A stretch of DNA of 64,000 nt, from NCBI GenBank assembly GCA_963789955.1, contig CAWBMV010000012.1, positions 96,001 through 160,000 on the forward strand, given 5' to 3'. How positions within the stretch are numbered: the stretch's first letter is position 1; the number at the start of each line of letters is the position of its first letter. A program made the position numbers and the translations under genes. Shown piece after piece: positions 39,398-48,592 of this stretch. The notes below the pieces were generated by a model. That model did not search any database, was not told where the DNA came from, and saw only the letters and a list, made by a program, of their open reading frames with translations. This stretch comes from an uncultured Candidatus Rokubacteria bacterium (lineage in GTDB: Bacteria > Methylomirabilota > Methylomirabilia > Rokubacteriales > CSP1-6).

Positions 39398-40262
39398 ATG
39401 TCCGTCGTCCTCGTTACGGGTAGCAGCACCGGCATCGGCCTCGCCACGGCGCTCCACTTCGGGCGCCTTGGCGACGGAGTGTACGCCGGAGTCCGCAACA
39501 TCGCCACCGCGACCGAGCTCACGAAGGCGATCGAGGCCGAGAAGCTTCCGATCCACCCGATCACGCTCGACGTGGACGACGCAGGGCTCGGTGACCCGCG
39601 CGGTCGGCGAGGTGATTGCCAAGGCCGGCCGCATCGACGTCCTCGTCAACAACGCGGGGATCGGCGGAGGCGGCCCGGTCGAGGACGTGCCGGTCGACTG
39701 GGTGAAGAGCCTCTTCGAGACGAACTACCTCGGCGCCATCCGGATGATCCAGGCCGTCCTGCCCGGGATGCGCGAGCGCCGGAGCGGAGCGATCGTCAAC
39801 GTCAGCTCGATCGCCGGGAGGCTCGCGATCGCCGGGCACGGCCACTATTCGGCCGTGAAGCACGCGCTCGAAGCCATCAGCGAGGCGCTCGCTCAGGAGG
39901 TGCAGGCGTTCGGGATCCGCGTGGCCATCGTCGAGCCCGGCGTGGTCGTGACGCCGATCTTCACGAAGGCCAAGCGTTTCGCCGATCCCGCTTCGCCGTA
40001 CGCGGTTCATGTCCACCGGCTCTTGCTCTTCTATCAGATGCAGATGAAGACGCCGAGCCAGCCGGCCGACGTCGCCCGCGTCATCCACGAGGCGGTGACG
40101 ACGAAAGAGCCCAAGCTCCGCTATCTCGTCGGTGACGACGCGGAGCGACTGGTCGCGGGCCGACGCAAGCTGACCGACGAGGAATACGTGGCGACCGGGC
40201 GCCTGATGCCCGACGCCGAGTATCTCGACCTGATGCGTCGACGCTACGGGTTTGACTGGTAG
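39398..40262 (+). CDS. SDR family oxidoreductase (frameshift near 39585)
   Basis: VLVTGSSTGIG in one frame; NNAG, YSAVK and VEPG in the next. Confidence 0.9.
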
Positions 40263-40334
40263 TGCGAGCCGCAGGTCGGCGCGGCGACCGAGAGCCTTAG
40301 GAAAGAGCAGTAAGAGAGCAGTAAGGAGGACGCG

Positions 40335-41976
40335 ATGAACAAAGTCACGGTCCTGAACCCGGTCGGTTTCCCGCCCAAAGTGGTCAAGAAGCCGCTGGCG
40401 CCGCGCCTCGCGACGCTCGAGGGCAAGACGGTCTACCTGGTCGATTGCCGCTTCGACGATTCCGACGTCTTCCTCAAGCAGATGCAGGCGTGGTTCGGCG
40501 AGCACATGCCGGGCGTGCGCACGGTGTTCAAGCCGATCTCGAGCGTCTATCTCAAGGACGACCCCACGACCTGGGAGGAGATCAAGGCGAGGGGGCACGC
40601 CGCGATCGTCGGCGTCGGCCACTGAAGCACCTGCGCGCCGGCGGTCGCCGCGCACGCGATGACGATCGAAGCGCAGTACGGAGTGCCCACCGTCGCCATG
40701 CACACCGACAAGTTCGACCGCGTGGCCCGCAACGTGGCCGCGGTCAACGGCATGTCGGAGCTCCGGCAGGTGTTCGTCCCTCAACCGGTCATGGGCAAGT
40801 CCCCGCGTGAGCTCCGCGCCTACGTCGACGGCAAAGATCCGCTGACCGGGCGCCCCGTGATGCAGGAAGTCATCGAAGGCCTGACCACGCCGTTCGATGG
40901 TCAGGGGGTCGGGACGATCGAGTACGACCGGTCCACGCCGCGGCTGGTCGACGCGGATACCGAGGAGAACCTGCAGCGCCTCTTCATGGAGAGCCGCTGG
41001 ACGGACTACCTGCCGATCGTGCTCCCGACGGAGGAGCGAGTCGCGGCCATGCTGGCGGCGACCCGCCGCAAGCCGGACGAGATCGTCGGGCGCATGCGTC
41101 CGACGCACTTCCGCGAAGCGTGGGAATACACGGTCGAGAAAGTCGCGGTGAACGCGGTGATGTCCGGCGCCCGTCCGGAATATTTCCCGGTGATCCTGGC
41201 GCTGGCGGCGACCGGCGTGAGCGCGCGCGGCAGCACGACCAGCTCGATGGCCGCGATGGCCGTCGTCAACGGCCCGATCCGCAACGAGATCAAGATGAAC
41301 GCGGGGACCGGCGCCCTCGCGCCCTACAACCACGCGAACGCGACGATCGGCCGCGCCTACGGCTTGCTCTCGCAGAATCTGCAGGGCAGCTCGGTGCCCG
41401 GGATCACCTACATGGGCTCCCAGGGCAACAACTACGCGTACAACAGCATCACGTTCCCGGAGAACGAGGAGCGGAGCCCGTGGGAGCCCTTCCACGTCCA
41501 GCACGGCTTCCGCGCGACCGACAGCACCGTGAGCGTGTTCAGCGGCTGTCGCGCGACCGCCTACACGCTCGGTGTTCGCGAGAAGCATTGGCAGGAGCAC
41601 GTCCGCAACATGCTGCGCGGCATGGATCCGCACATTCCCGCCGGTGTTCGTGCTCGATCCGATCACGGCACGCCAGTTCATCGACCGGGGCGGGTTCACC
41701 AAGAAGGACGCGCTGATCGACTGGGTGTACGAGAACGCGCGGATGCCGGCCGGCGAGTTCTGGGACTACCAGCTCGTGCAGAACTACCTCTACCCGCGCG
41801 CGACGTTCGGGGAGGAGCCGTGGGCCTCGAAGCTCAAGGCCGCGCCCGACGAGATGATCCAGATGTTCAAGCGTGAGGACATCCACGTCGTGGTGGTCGG
41901 CGGCGAGACGAATCCCTACTGGCGCATCATGGGCGCGACGTACGCGAAGACCGTCTCGATCGACGACTGGCGGTAG
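40335..41976 (+). CDS. Probable selenoprotein: UGSC-type (seleno)domain with UxxC fused to a large partner domain (in-frame UGA at 40623-40625; frameshift near 41640)
   Basis: ORFs 40335-40625 and 40659-41876 are in the same frame and separated only by TGA. Read-through gives GVGH-U-STCAP, and a SECIS-like hairpin follows. The C-terminus continues in the 41572-41976 frame. Confidence 0.85.
40632..40654 (+). promoter_or_regulatory. Bacterial SECIS-like hairpin
   Basis: TGCGC-(GCC)-GGC-[GGTC]-GCC-GCGCA, with 17 nt between the UGA and the apical GGUC loop. Confidence 0.7.
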
Positions 41977-42054
41977 GAACCGACCGGGCTGACGCTATCT
42001 ATCGCGTCGCGGCTGGTTCTTGATAGCGGCTCCACGACCATCTACGGTGGTGGT

Positions 42055-42816
42055 ATGGCTACATACCATCACCGCTGCGGGTCTCGCTGGAGTACTCTCG
42101 CGTCGGTCGCCCTGACCGCGAGCCTTCTCGTGGCCTTCACGCTCGCGGGCACTGGGTCGGCCCCGGTGTTGTTCCCGGCCGCCCCGCCGTCTGGCGGCAT
42201 CGTCGTCGACGAAGCGAGGCTGATCGCCCCTCTCGACCAGGTGGATCTCGAAGGACTTGCGATCGCGCTCAAACGCGACCGCGGCTATCCCATCACCGTG
42301 GTCACGATCCAGTCGCTCTCAGCGTACGGCGCCGCCGGCTACACGATCGAGCGCTACGCCTCCGAGATGCTGAAGGCGTGGCCCGCCGACCCGGAGCGGC
42401 AGGGCTACGGACTCACCTTGCTCGTCTCGGCCGATGATCGCCTGGCACGCATCGAGCTCGGATCCGCGTGGCGGGGCACGCACGACGGCCGGGTTCGAGA
42501 GATCGCGGACCGCCTGATCCTCCCGGCGCTCCGTCGCGGCGATCTCTCGAAGGGGATTCTGGCCGGCGTGCGAGGGCTCGACGCCATGGGCCGGGGATTC
42601 CGACTGCCCGGAGAGTGGTTCGGATGGATGCTCCCCGAGCCCCTGGCCCCCTTGGCTCAACCGTGGTGGCTCATCCCAGCGATCGTCGTCGGCGTCGTCC
42701 TTCTCATCGGCTCAGTCACCCCCTTTGGCCGCAGGAGGCGCAAGAGGCTGGCGCGGGCCGCCGCCGGGCTCATCGGCGAGATCGAGCAAGTCGTGAGAGC
42801 GGAGGGGCGCCGCTAG
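42055..42816 (+). CDS. TPM domain-containing membrane protein
   Basis: VVDEA.LI, I.VVTI.SL, IE.YA, LLVS..DR.ARIELG and a C-terminal TM segment. Confidence 0.85.
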   Translation: MATYHHRCGSRWSTLASVALTASLLVAFTLAGTGSAPVLFPAAPPSGGIVVDEARLIAPLDQVDLEGLAIALKRDRGYPITVVTIQSLSAYGAAGYTIERYASEMLKAWPADPERQGYGLTLLVSADDRLARIELGSAWRGTHDGRVREIADRLILPALRRGDLSKGILAGVRGLDAMGRGFRLPGEWFGWMLPEPLAPLAQPWWLIPAIVVGVVLLIGSVTPFGRRRRKRLARAAAGLIGEIEQVVRAEGRR

Positions 42817-42820
42817 TCTG

Positions 42821-43816
42821 TCAGATGCCCAGCAGCCGCTCCAGGTTGCGCCAGAGGATCGCTTCTTTCTCGGCCTGGGTGAGGCTCTCCATGGCGAGGA
42901 TCCACGAGACCGGCCAGTCGAGCGCCATGTCGTAGGGCCAGTCCGTGCCGAAGACCACGCGGTCGGCGCCCACCGTGTCGATCAGGAAGCGCAGGGCCGG
43001 CTCGGTGTAGACGATGCAGTCGTAGTAGAAGCGCCGCAGATACGCGCTCGGCGGCTGGCTGATGTTCACGCGCGCCTCGGACCGGACCTTCCAGCCGTGG
43101 TCCATCCGGCCGATCCCGTAGCAGGTGTAGCCCCCGCCGTGGCCGAGCACGATCTTGAGGTCGGGGCACGCGTCCATGACGCCGCCGGACACGAGCGTGG
43201 CGAACGTCACCGCGCGGTCGACCAGATTGCCGATGCTGTTCGGCAGGTGATAGCGCTTGGTCCGCTGGGTCACGAGCGTCTCGCCGGCCTGATGGAAGAA
43301 GATGAGCGCGCCGAGCTGCTCCGCCGCCTTCCAGAACGGGCGGAACTCCGGCTCCTCGAGCGTGCGCCCGTTGACGTGGTCGTTGATCTCCGCGCCCTTG
43401 AGGCCGAGCCGGATCACGCAGCGCTCGAGCTCGGCGATCGACGCCTTCACGTCTTGCATCGGAAGGGTGCCGAGCCCGGCGAACCGCGTCGGCCACGCGC
43501 GGGTCATCGAGGCGATCTCGTCGTTGGTCTCCTGCGCCGTGGCCGTCGCGAGCTTCGCGTCGAGCTGATAGTTGTAGAACCCGACGTAGGGCGAGACGAC
43601 GTGCACGTCGACCCCGAGCGAGTCCATGTCGGCCAGCCGCTCCTCGGGCGTCCACTTCGCGCGCGGTGGAAGCATCTGCCGTCCGCTCCCGACGAGGGCG
43701 ATCTCCTGGCCGTTCGCGTCCTTCTCGCGGCGCAGCGTGTGCCAGTTGCCGCCGTTCTCGGTGGCCCGCCAGAAGCACTGCGGCGTCAGGTGCGCGTGAA
43801 CGTCGATGCTCCGCAT
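42821..43816 (-). CDS. Amidohydrolase_2 family protein (ACMSD-like)
   Basis: IDVHAH, LPMQD, HGGGY and FGTDWPYDM motifs. Confidence 0.92.
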   Translation of the reverse strand: MRSIDVHAHLTPQCFWRATENGGNWHTLRREKDANGQEIALVGSGRQMLPPRAKWTPEERLADMDSLGVDVHVVSPYVGFYNYQLDAKLATATAQETNDEIASMTRAWPTRFAGLGTLPMQDVKASIAELERCVIRLGLKGAEINDHVNGRTLEEPEFRPFWKAAEQLGALIFFHQAGETLVTQRTKRYHLPNSIGNLVDRAVTFATLVSGGVMDACPDLKIVLGHGGGYTCYGIGRMDHGWKVRSEARVNISQPPSAYLRRFYYDCIVYTEPALRFLIDTVGADRVVFGTDWPYDMALDWPVSWILAMESLTQAEKEAILWRNLERLLGI

Positions 43817-43847
43817 CGTCTCCTCCTGTCCCTGCTATTCTTGCGCC

Positions 43848-44834
43848 GTGCCCACACGGGTCGCGGCGATCGGCGTCAGCCACTGGCACTCGCTCTACGA
43901 CTCGGCCTACCTGCGCCACCTGAGCGGCATGCCCGACATGCGGCTCGTCGCGCTTCAAGACTCGAGCGAGTCGATCGCCGCGCAGCGGGCGGCGGCGCTG
44001 GGCGATCCGACGGTCTACACGGACTACCGGCGGATGCTGACGGAGACCCGACCCGACTTCGTGATCGCGCTCGGCCGACACAGTAGCATGGCGGAGACCG
44101 CGCTTTACCTCGTCGATCAGGGCTATCCGTTCCTGATGGAAAAGCCGATGGGCATCGACGCCGACGAGGTCCGTCGCGTCGCCGACCGGGCCGTCGCGAA
44201 GAACGCGTTCGCGGCCGTGCCCCTCGGGCAGCGCTATCAGCCCTTCGTCACCCGGGCCCGCGCGCTCGCGGCCGCGGGGCAATTCGGGCCGCTGTCGCAC
44301 ATCTACTTTCGATTGAACCGCCCCACGTCGGCGCGCTACGTCGCGTGGGACGCGCCGTGGATGCTCGATCCCAAGGACGCGGGCGGCGGCTGCCTGCGTA
44401 ACCTCGGCCCGCACGGACTCGATCTGTTCCTGTTCCTGACCGGCGAGGATGCGCGCGTGATCGGAGCTCAGGTCAGCTCGCGCGCGCTCGGCCAGGCGGT
44501 CGAGGACTACGCGTCGGTCCTGCTGCGGTCGACCAGCGGCGTGCTCGGGACGATCGAGGTCGGCAACACGTTTCCTCGCATCGGAACCGACGGGGAATCG
44601 AAGATCGCCTGGCGTGACGCGATCCTGACCTTGAAGGACGATACGCTTCGGCTCACGACGGCGACGGGTGAAGAGACCGCACCGGGTGCGCCGGCCGAGC
44701 CGATCGCCCTGACCGCGTTACGCGATGCGCTCGACCATTGGCGTCGAGGGCAGCCGCCGCCGATCAGCGTCCACGATTGTCTGCGCGCGGTGCACCTGAT
44801 CGACCAGGCCTACGCGCTGGCGAAGGTGCCCTAA
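43848..44834 (+). CDS. Gfo/Idh/MocA family oxidoreductase
   Basis: IGVSHWH, MEKP, GGG.LRNLG.H..D and ED.A motifs; probable GTG start. Confidence 0.9.
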   Translation: MPTRVAAIGVSHWHSLYDSAYLRHLSGMPDMRLVALQDSSESIAAQRAAALGDPTVYTDYRRMLTETRPDFVIALGRHSSMAETALYLVDQGYPFLMEKPMGIDADEVRRVADRAVAKNAFAAVPLGQRYQPFVTRARALAAAGQFGPLSHIYFRLNRPTSARYVAWDAPWMLDPKDAGGGCLRNLGPHGLDLFLFLTGEDARVIGAQVSSRALGQAVEDYASVLLRSTSGVLGTIEVGNTFPRIGTDGESKIAWRDAILTLKDDTLRLTTATGEETAPGAPAEPIALTALRDALDHWRRGQPPPISVHDCLRAVHLIDQAYALAKVP

Positions 44835-44911
44835 AAGACAATCGCGGCGTGCCGCCGGCAAAACCACTTGCCGCGACACGCCGCGAAATCAGCGCCGCCC
44901 GTCGGGCGGGG

Positions 44912-45508
44912 TTACTTCTTGGCGAGTCCGAGCCGCTGCTCGAGGACGAGCCGCACTTCCTGCGCGGCGGCGCGCCAGAGCGGGCCACCCGGAACCGCGT
45001 ACAGCTCACCGACCTGCTTGCGCATCTCGTTCATGGCCTCGTCGGCCTTTTCCTTCGGCGCGATGTCGGTGGTCTTGGCGCGGATCTGCGCGGCCTTGCC
45101 CGTCGCGGCGTGAGAGCGCTCGATCCAGCGGCCGATCTCGTTCCAGTCCTTGTCGAAGAACGCGACGACCGGAATGGACTGATAGCCGTTGTTGAGGTAG
45201 GTGTCGCGCAGGTCCGGTTCCTTGTCGCGGAAGAAGACCCGGAGCTCGCAGCCCGGCATCGCTTCGCAGATGTGGGCGAGCAGCGGCGAGTTGCGATGCA
45301 CGTCACCACACCAGTTCTCCGCCAGCATCATGGCGTACTTGACCTGGGTGACGCCGCCGAAGAACTTCCGCTCGTCGTCGGTCAGGCCCGACTTCGAGTA
45401 GTACTCCTGGGTCCGCGCCATGGTGTCGCCCATCTGGGCCATGTAGTCCTTCCAGGACAGGCCTTTGGAAAAGCGCTGGGCGTCGATCGGAATCTGCAGC
45501 TGGGCCAT
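44912..45508 (-). CDS. Thioredoxin family protein (Thioredoxin_9-like), monothiol WCGDV
   Basis: AENWCGD, RD...DL...YL.NG..SIP and W.ER motifs. Confidence 0.88.
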   Translation of the reverse strand: MAQLQIPIDAQRFSKGLSWKDYMAQMGDTMARTQEYYSKSGLTDDERKFFGGVTQVKYAMMLAENWCGDVHRNSPLLAHICEAMPGCELRVFFRDKEPDLRDTYLNNGYQSIPVVAFFDKDWNEIGRWIERSHAATGKAAQIRAKTTDIAPKEKADEAMNEMRKQVGELYAVPGGPLWRAAAQEVRLVLEQRLGLAKK

Positions 45509-45711
45509 CGAGTCTCTCCTTTGTTGGTGTTCGAGCTACGGGCCCTTGTTATACACCAAAGCGGAAGGCCACGACAGCGATGCCCCGGTGGCCCGGGCTC
45601 GAATGACCGACCGACAGTCTGTGGCACCTCGTGAGACGGAAACGGCAAGCCAGACGCTGAAACCCGGAACCCTTTTCTTCGTAAGCCGTCAATTTTTCAG
45701 GCGCGAGGGTA

Positions 45712-45727
45712 TGGCATACCCGTTGCT
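45712..45727 (+). promoter_or_regulatory. Sigma-54 (-24/-12) promoter
   Basis: TGGCATACCCGTTGCT, near-consensus, about 70 nt upstream of ATG 45798. Confidence 0.7.
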
Positions 45728-45797
45728 CGATCCAGTGTTGGTGTATTGCGCGCAAGGTGTCTCGGCGCGCCGAACCCCGGGAAGGGGAGGGCCGGTC

Positions 45798-47035
45798 ATG
45801 AAGACCGCGGTTGGACTGATTACGACGACGATTATGACGGCGATGGTGGCCACCGGTGCCTCCGCCGAGTGGCGGCTGTATGTGAATCGAGACAACAAGG
45901 CCTGGTCGCTGGAACGCGCGTATGTATCCAATGATGATTGCGACCGCGCCGCGCGCACGCTGTATCGCTCGGGACAGGCGCTCGGCGTCGGCTGCGCGGA
46001 GTACCCGTCGCCCAGCGCGGCGCAGGCTCCGACTCCGCGTCCCGCGGACTACGCACGCCCCAACCCGACGACGCAGCGCTCGGTCGCCCGCGCCGATGAG
46101 CCGGCGCGCGTGAGCACGTCGCGATCGTCGGGGCCTCGGGTCGCCGAGTATTCGACTCGAGCGACGACCTCGCGTCAGGTGGCGGTCGCGGAGCGCGCCC
46201 CTGATCCGGCGGCCGCGACCGCGTCTCATCCCGCGGCGGTCATCTTTCCGCCGAGCGGCGGCATGGAGATCCGATCGGACGAAGCGCCAGCCCCGACCGT
46301 CGTCGCCAGTCGGCCGGCACCGCGGAACCGCGGCGTCAGGCCGCGCCCGCGACCGTTCAGCGTCCTCCGGACGATGCGGCGGCGATTGCGCTCGCCAAGG
46401 CGGCGACCGAGGCCTCCGCGGCCGCCGAGCGCGAGGTGGCCGCCGAGGCCGCCAAGCGTGAAGAGGCGGTGACGGCGGACAAGGCGGAGCGCCGGACTCA
46501 GCTCGCGATCTTCGGGGGAATCGCGCTCGTCGTCACGACGGGAGTTGCGTACAGCGTGTATCGAGCGGCGCGGACGAGTCCGCTCCGCGGGCTGGCCCTC
46601 TGCTTGATCGAGCTCGGCGTGCTCACGTCGGCGCTCGCGTACCCTGCCGTCGAGCTGTGGAACCGCCTCAAGATTTCCAACCTGGTTCTCTCGTCGTGGC
46701 TGCCAGGGCTGTTCGCCGGCATCGTGGTCGCGGGTATCGGCGTCATCGTGCTGGCGCTGGATCTCACGCGGAAGTCCACGCGTCCGAAGGCCGCGCCGGC
46801 TCGCGATGCCAAGCCGTCGGCGCCGGTCGAGCTGATCAAGCCCGGCGACCATGTGAAAACCGGCGAGCCCGGCAAGCCCGGCGAGCCCGTGAGGCCGCTG
46901 ACACCGGTCAGGCCGCTCGAGCCGGTCCGGCCTCTCGATGGGCCCGCGCCGGCCGCGCCGGTCGAGCCCGCGAAGCCTGCCAGTACGCCCGCGCCGGTGG
47001 GCGGAGGCTCTCTGGCCGACCGACTCGTCCCTTAG
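45798..47035 (+). CDS. Hypothetical membrane protein: signal peptide, small Cys-pair domain, Pro/Ala linker, 3 TM segments, Pro-rich tail (frameshift near 46320)
   Basis: GGGGAGG RBS before MKTAVG; continues into the 46436 frame; PVRPL repeats at the C-terminus. Confidence 0.7.
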
Positions 47036-47075
47036 CCCGGCGCGACGCTCGCCGCTCCCGGTACAATCCGTGATC

Positions 47076-47753
47076 ATGCTGGAGTTTGCCCACTTCGACC
47101 GGAGGCGCTATCCGACCGTCTCCGCGCGCGAGGGTTACGGCGAGTGGGTGCCGTCGTACGAGACGACGGTGGAGGACGAGATGGACCTCGTCCTGCTCGA
47201 CGCGCTCGAGTCGGTTCCATGGAGGGCGGTCGAGCACGCCGCCGATCTCGGCTGTGGAACCGGCCGGACCGGCGCCTGGCTGCGGGCCCGCGGCGTGCCC
47301 CGGCTCGACGGCGTCGATCTGACGCCCGAGATGCTGGCGATCGCCCGCACCCGCAAGATCTACGATCACCTGGCTCAGGCCGACGTCGGCGCGACCGGGC
47401 TGGCGAGCGGCGAGTACGATCTCGTCACGACCTGCCTGGTGGAAGAGCATTTGCGAGACTTGCGCCCGCTCTACCGCGAGGCGTCGCGCTTGCTCCGGCC
47501 GAGCGGCCGGTACGTGCTCGTCGGCTACCATCCCCACTTCATCATGACGACCGGGATGCCGACGCACTTCGATCGTGCGTCCGGGGAGTCCGTGGCGGTC
47601 GAGACGTACGTGCACCTCATGAGCGATCACGTGACCGCGGCGCGCGCGGTCGATCTGTCGCTCGTCGAGATGCGTGAGCGCCTCGTGGACGACCGCTGGA
47701 TCGCGCTCAAGCCTCGCTGGGAGCCGTATCGGCATCATCCTGAGCTTTCGTGA
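47076..47753 (+). CDS. Class I SAM-dependent methyltransferase (3' end probably frameshifted)
   Basis: DLGCGTGRTG, GVDLTPEML, L..EHL.DL and LRP.G motifs. Confidence 0.88.
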   Translation: MLEFAHFDRRRYPTVSAREGYGEWVPSYETTVEDEMDLVLLDALESVPWRAVEHAADLGCGTGRTGAWLRARGVPRLDGVDLTPEMLAIARTRKIYDHLAQADVGATGLASGEYDLVTTCLVEEHLRDLRPLYREASRLLRPSGRYVLVGYHPHFIMTTGMPTHFDRASGESVAVETYVHLMSDHVTAARAVDLSLVEMRERLVDDRWIALKPRWEPYRHHPELS

Positions 47754-47759
47754 TGGCGT

Positions 47760-47858
47760 GGCAAAGGAGCGCCCTGGGCTGTGCGCCAGCGGATTGCCAG
47801 CTCGACGTAGGACCGCCGGTTCGATCAGCCATCCGCGGTGTTCGGTCTCGATCGTCAT
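47760..47858 (-). pseudogene. 5' remnant of a small hypothetical gene (MTIETEHRGWLIEP...)
   Basis: GAGGAG RBS, ATG at 47858 and an upstream sigma-54 motif. The frame degenerates and runs into the convergent methyltransferase. Confidence 0.35.
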
Positions 47859-47936
47859 CGTCGCCACTCCTCAATCTCGCCTTCTGGTCGCTCGTGTCGT
47901 CTGCGGACATTCTGCTGTCATCGCGCGGCGGCTGGA

Positions 47937-47953
47937 CGCAGCGTGGATGCCAA
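47937..47953 (-). promoter_or_regulatory. Sigma-54 (-24/-12) promoter candidate
   Basis: Minus strand TTGGCATCCACGCTGCG (GG-N10-GC). Confidence 0.5.
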
Positions 47954-48131
47954 GCCGCGGGGATCAATCTCGCCAGAATTTGCTGACGATCGAGTCGGCG
48001 CAGCGGAGGCGTGTGGCCGTTCCGCACACTTGATCCGCGGAAGTCGTGACGTGTTGGACCATGCCTGACACTCGGGCTTCTTGATTTTGACGGCGCGTCG
48101 TCGGGTTCGACCCGGGGAACTTGTAATAGGT

Positions 48132-48267
48132 GCTCGCCGACCTCACGCCCGCGAGCTCCGATCCAAGTGCGGCGCAGTCAGTGCGGGAGCGCACCACTGC
48201 CCCGCTGCGTACCCGCTGCAGACGAGTCGAGCATTCTTTCGCGGCGCCCCCGGGTCGGCGAGCTTTT
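48132..48267 (+). ncRNA. Candidate structured RNA (rod with central bubble)
   Basis: 11-bp terminal stem (48132-48142/48253-48263), nested stems, a 14-bp apical hairpin (48169-48205), then TTTT. Confidence 0.35.
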
Positions 48268-48321
48268 CGGTTGGCAATCACGCAGGTGCTGGCGGATGTC
48301 GGCTGGGATCAAGCGGAGGGA

Positions 48322-48360
48322 ATGACATTTTCCTGTCATCGGTGTCCGGCTCGTGACAGG
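48322..48360. promoter_or_regulatory. Palindromic upstream activator (bEBP) site candidates
   Basis: ATGACA-N6-TGTCAT (48322-48339) and CCTGTCA-N15-TGACAGG (48332-48360), 70-110 bp upstream of the sigma-54 promoter. Confidence 0.45.
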
Positions 48361-48431
48361 ATCTGCAAAGTTCACCCGTCCGGGGTGTCGGCCAAGTCCC
48401 TGATTGACCAAATGTCGCATCGGATGATTTC

Positions 48432-48447
48432 TGGCACTCCCATTGCA
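48432..48447 (+). promoter_or_regulatory. Sigma-54 (-24/-12) promoter
   Basis: TGGCACTCCCATTGCA, a full match to TGGCAC-N5-TTGCA. Confidence 0.75.
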
Positions 48448-48592
48448 GCCGGTCGCACGGCGCATGCATTACAGGCCATACGCTTCTAGAAATCCTCCTG
48501 CATTTCGTCTCGCGGGCAGCCTCAGTTCCCGTCGTACGCTTCCGGGCGATCGTATCTGCATCATCGTCGCTCCGTAGGGGAGGAGTCAGGGC

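Noticed and set aside
48095..48120. GGGTTCGACCC resembling a tRNA T-arm
   Set aside because: No cloverleaf, acceptor stem or D-arm can be built around it.
48174..48200. Hairpin resembling SRP RNA domain IV
   Set aside because: It lacks the conserved CAGG/AGCA internal loop (has CAGT/ACCA).
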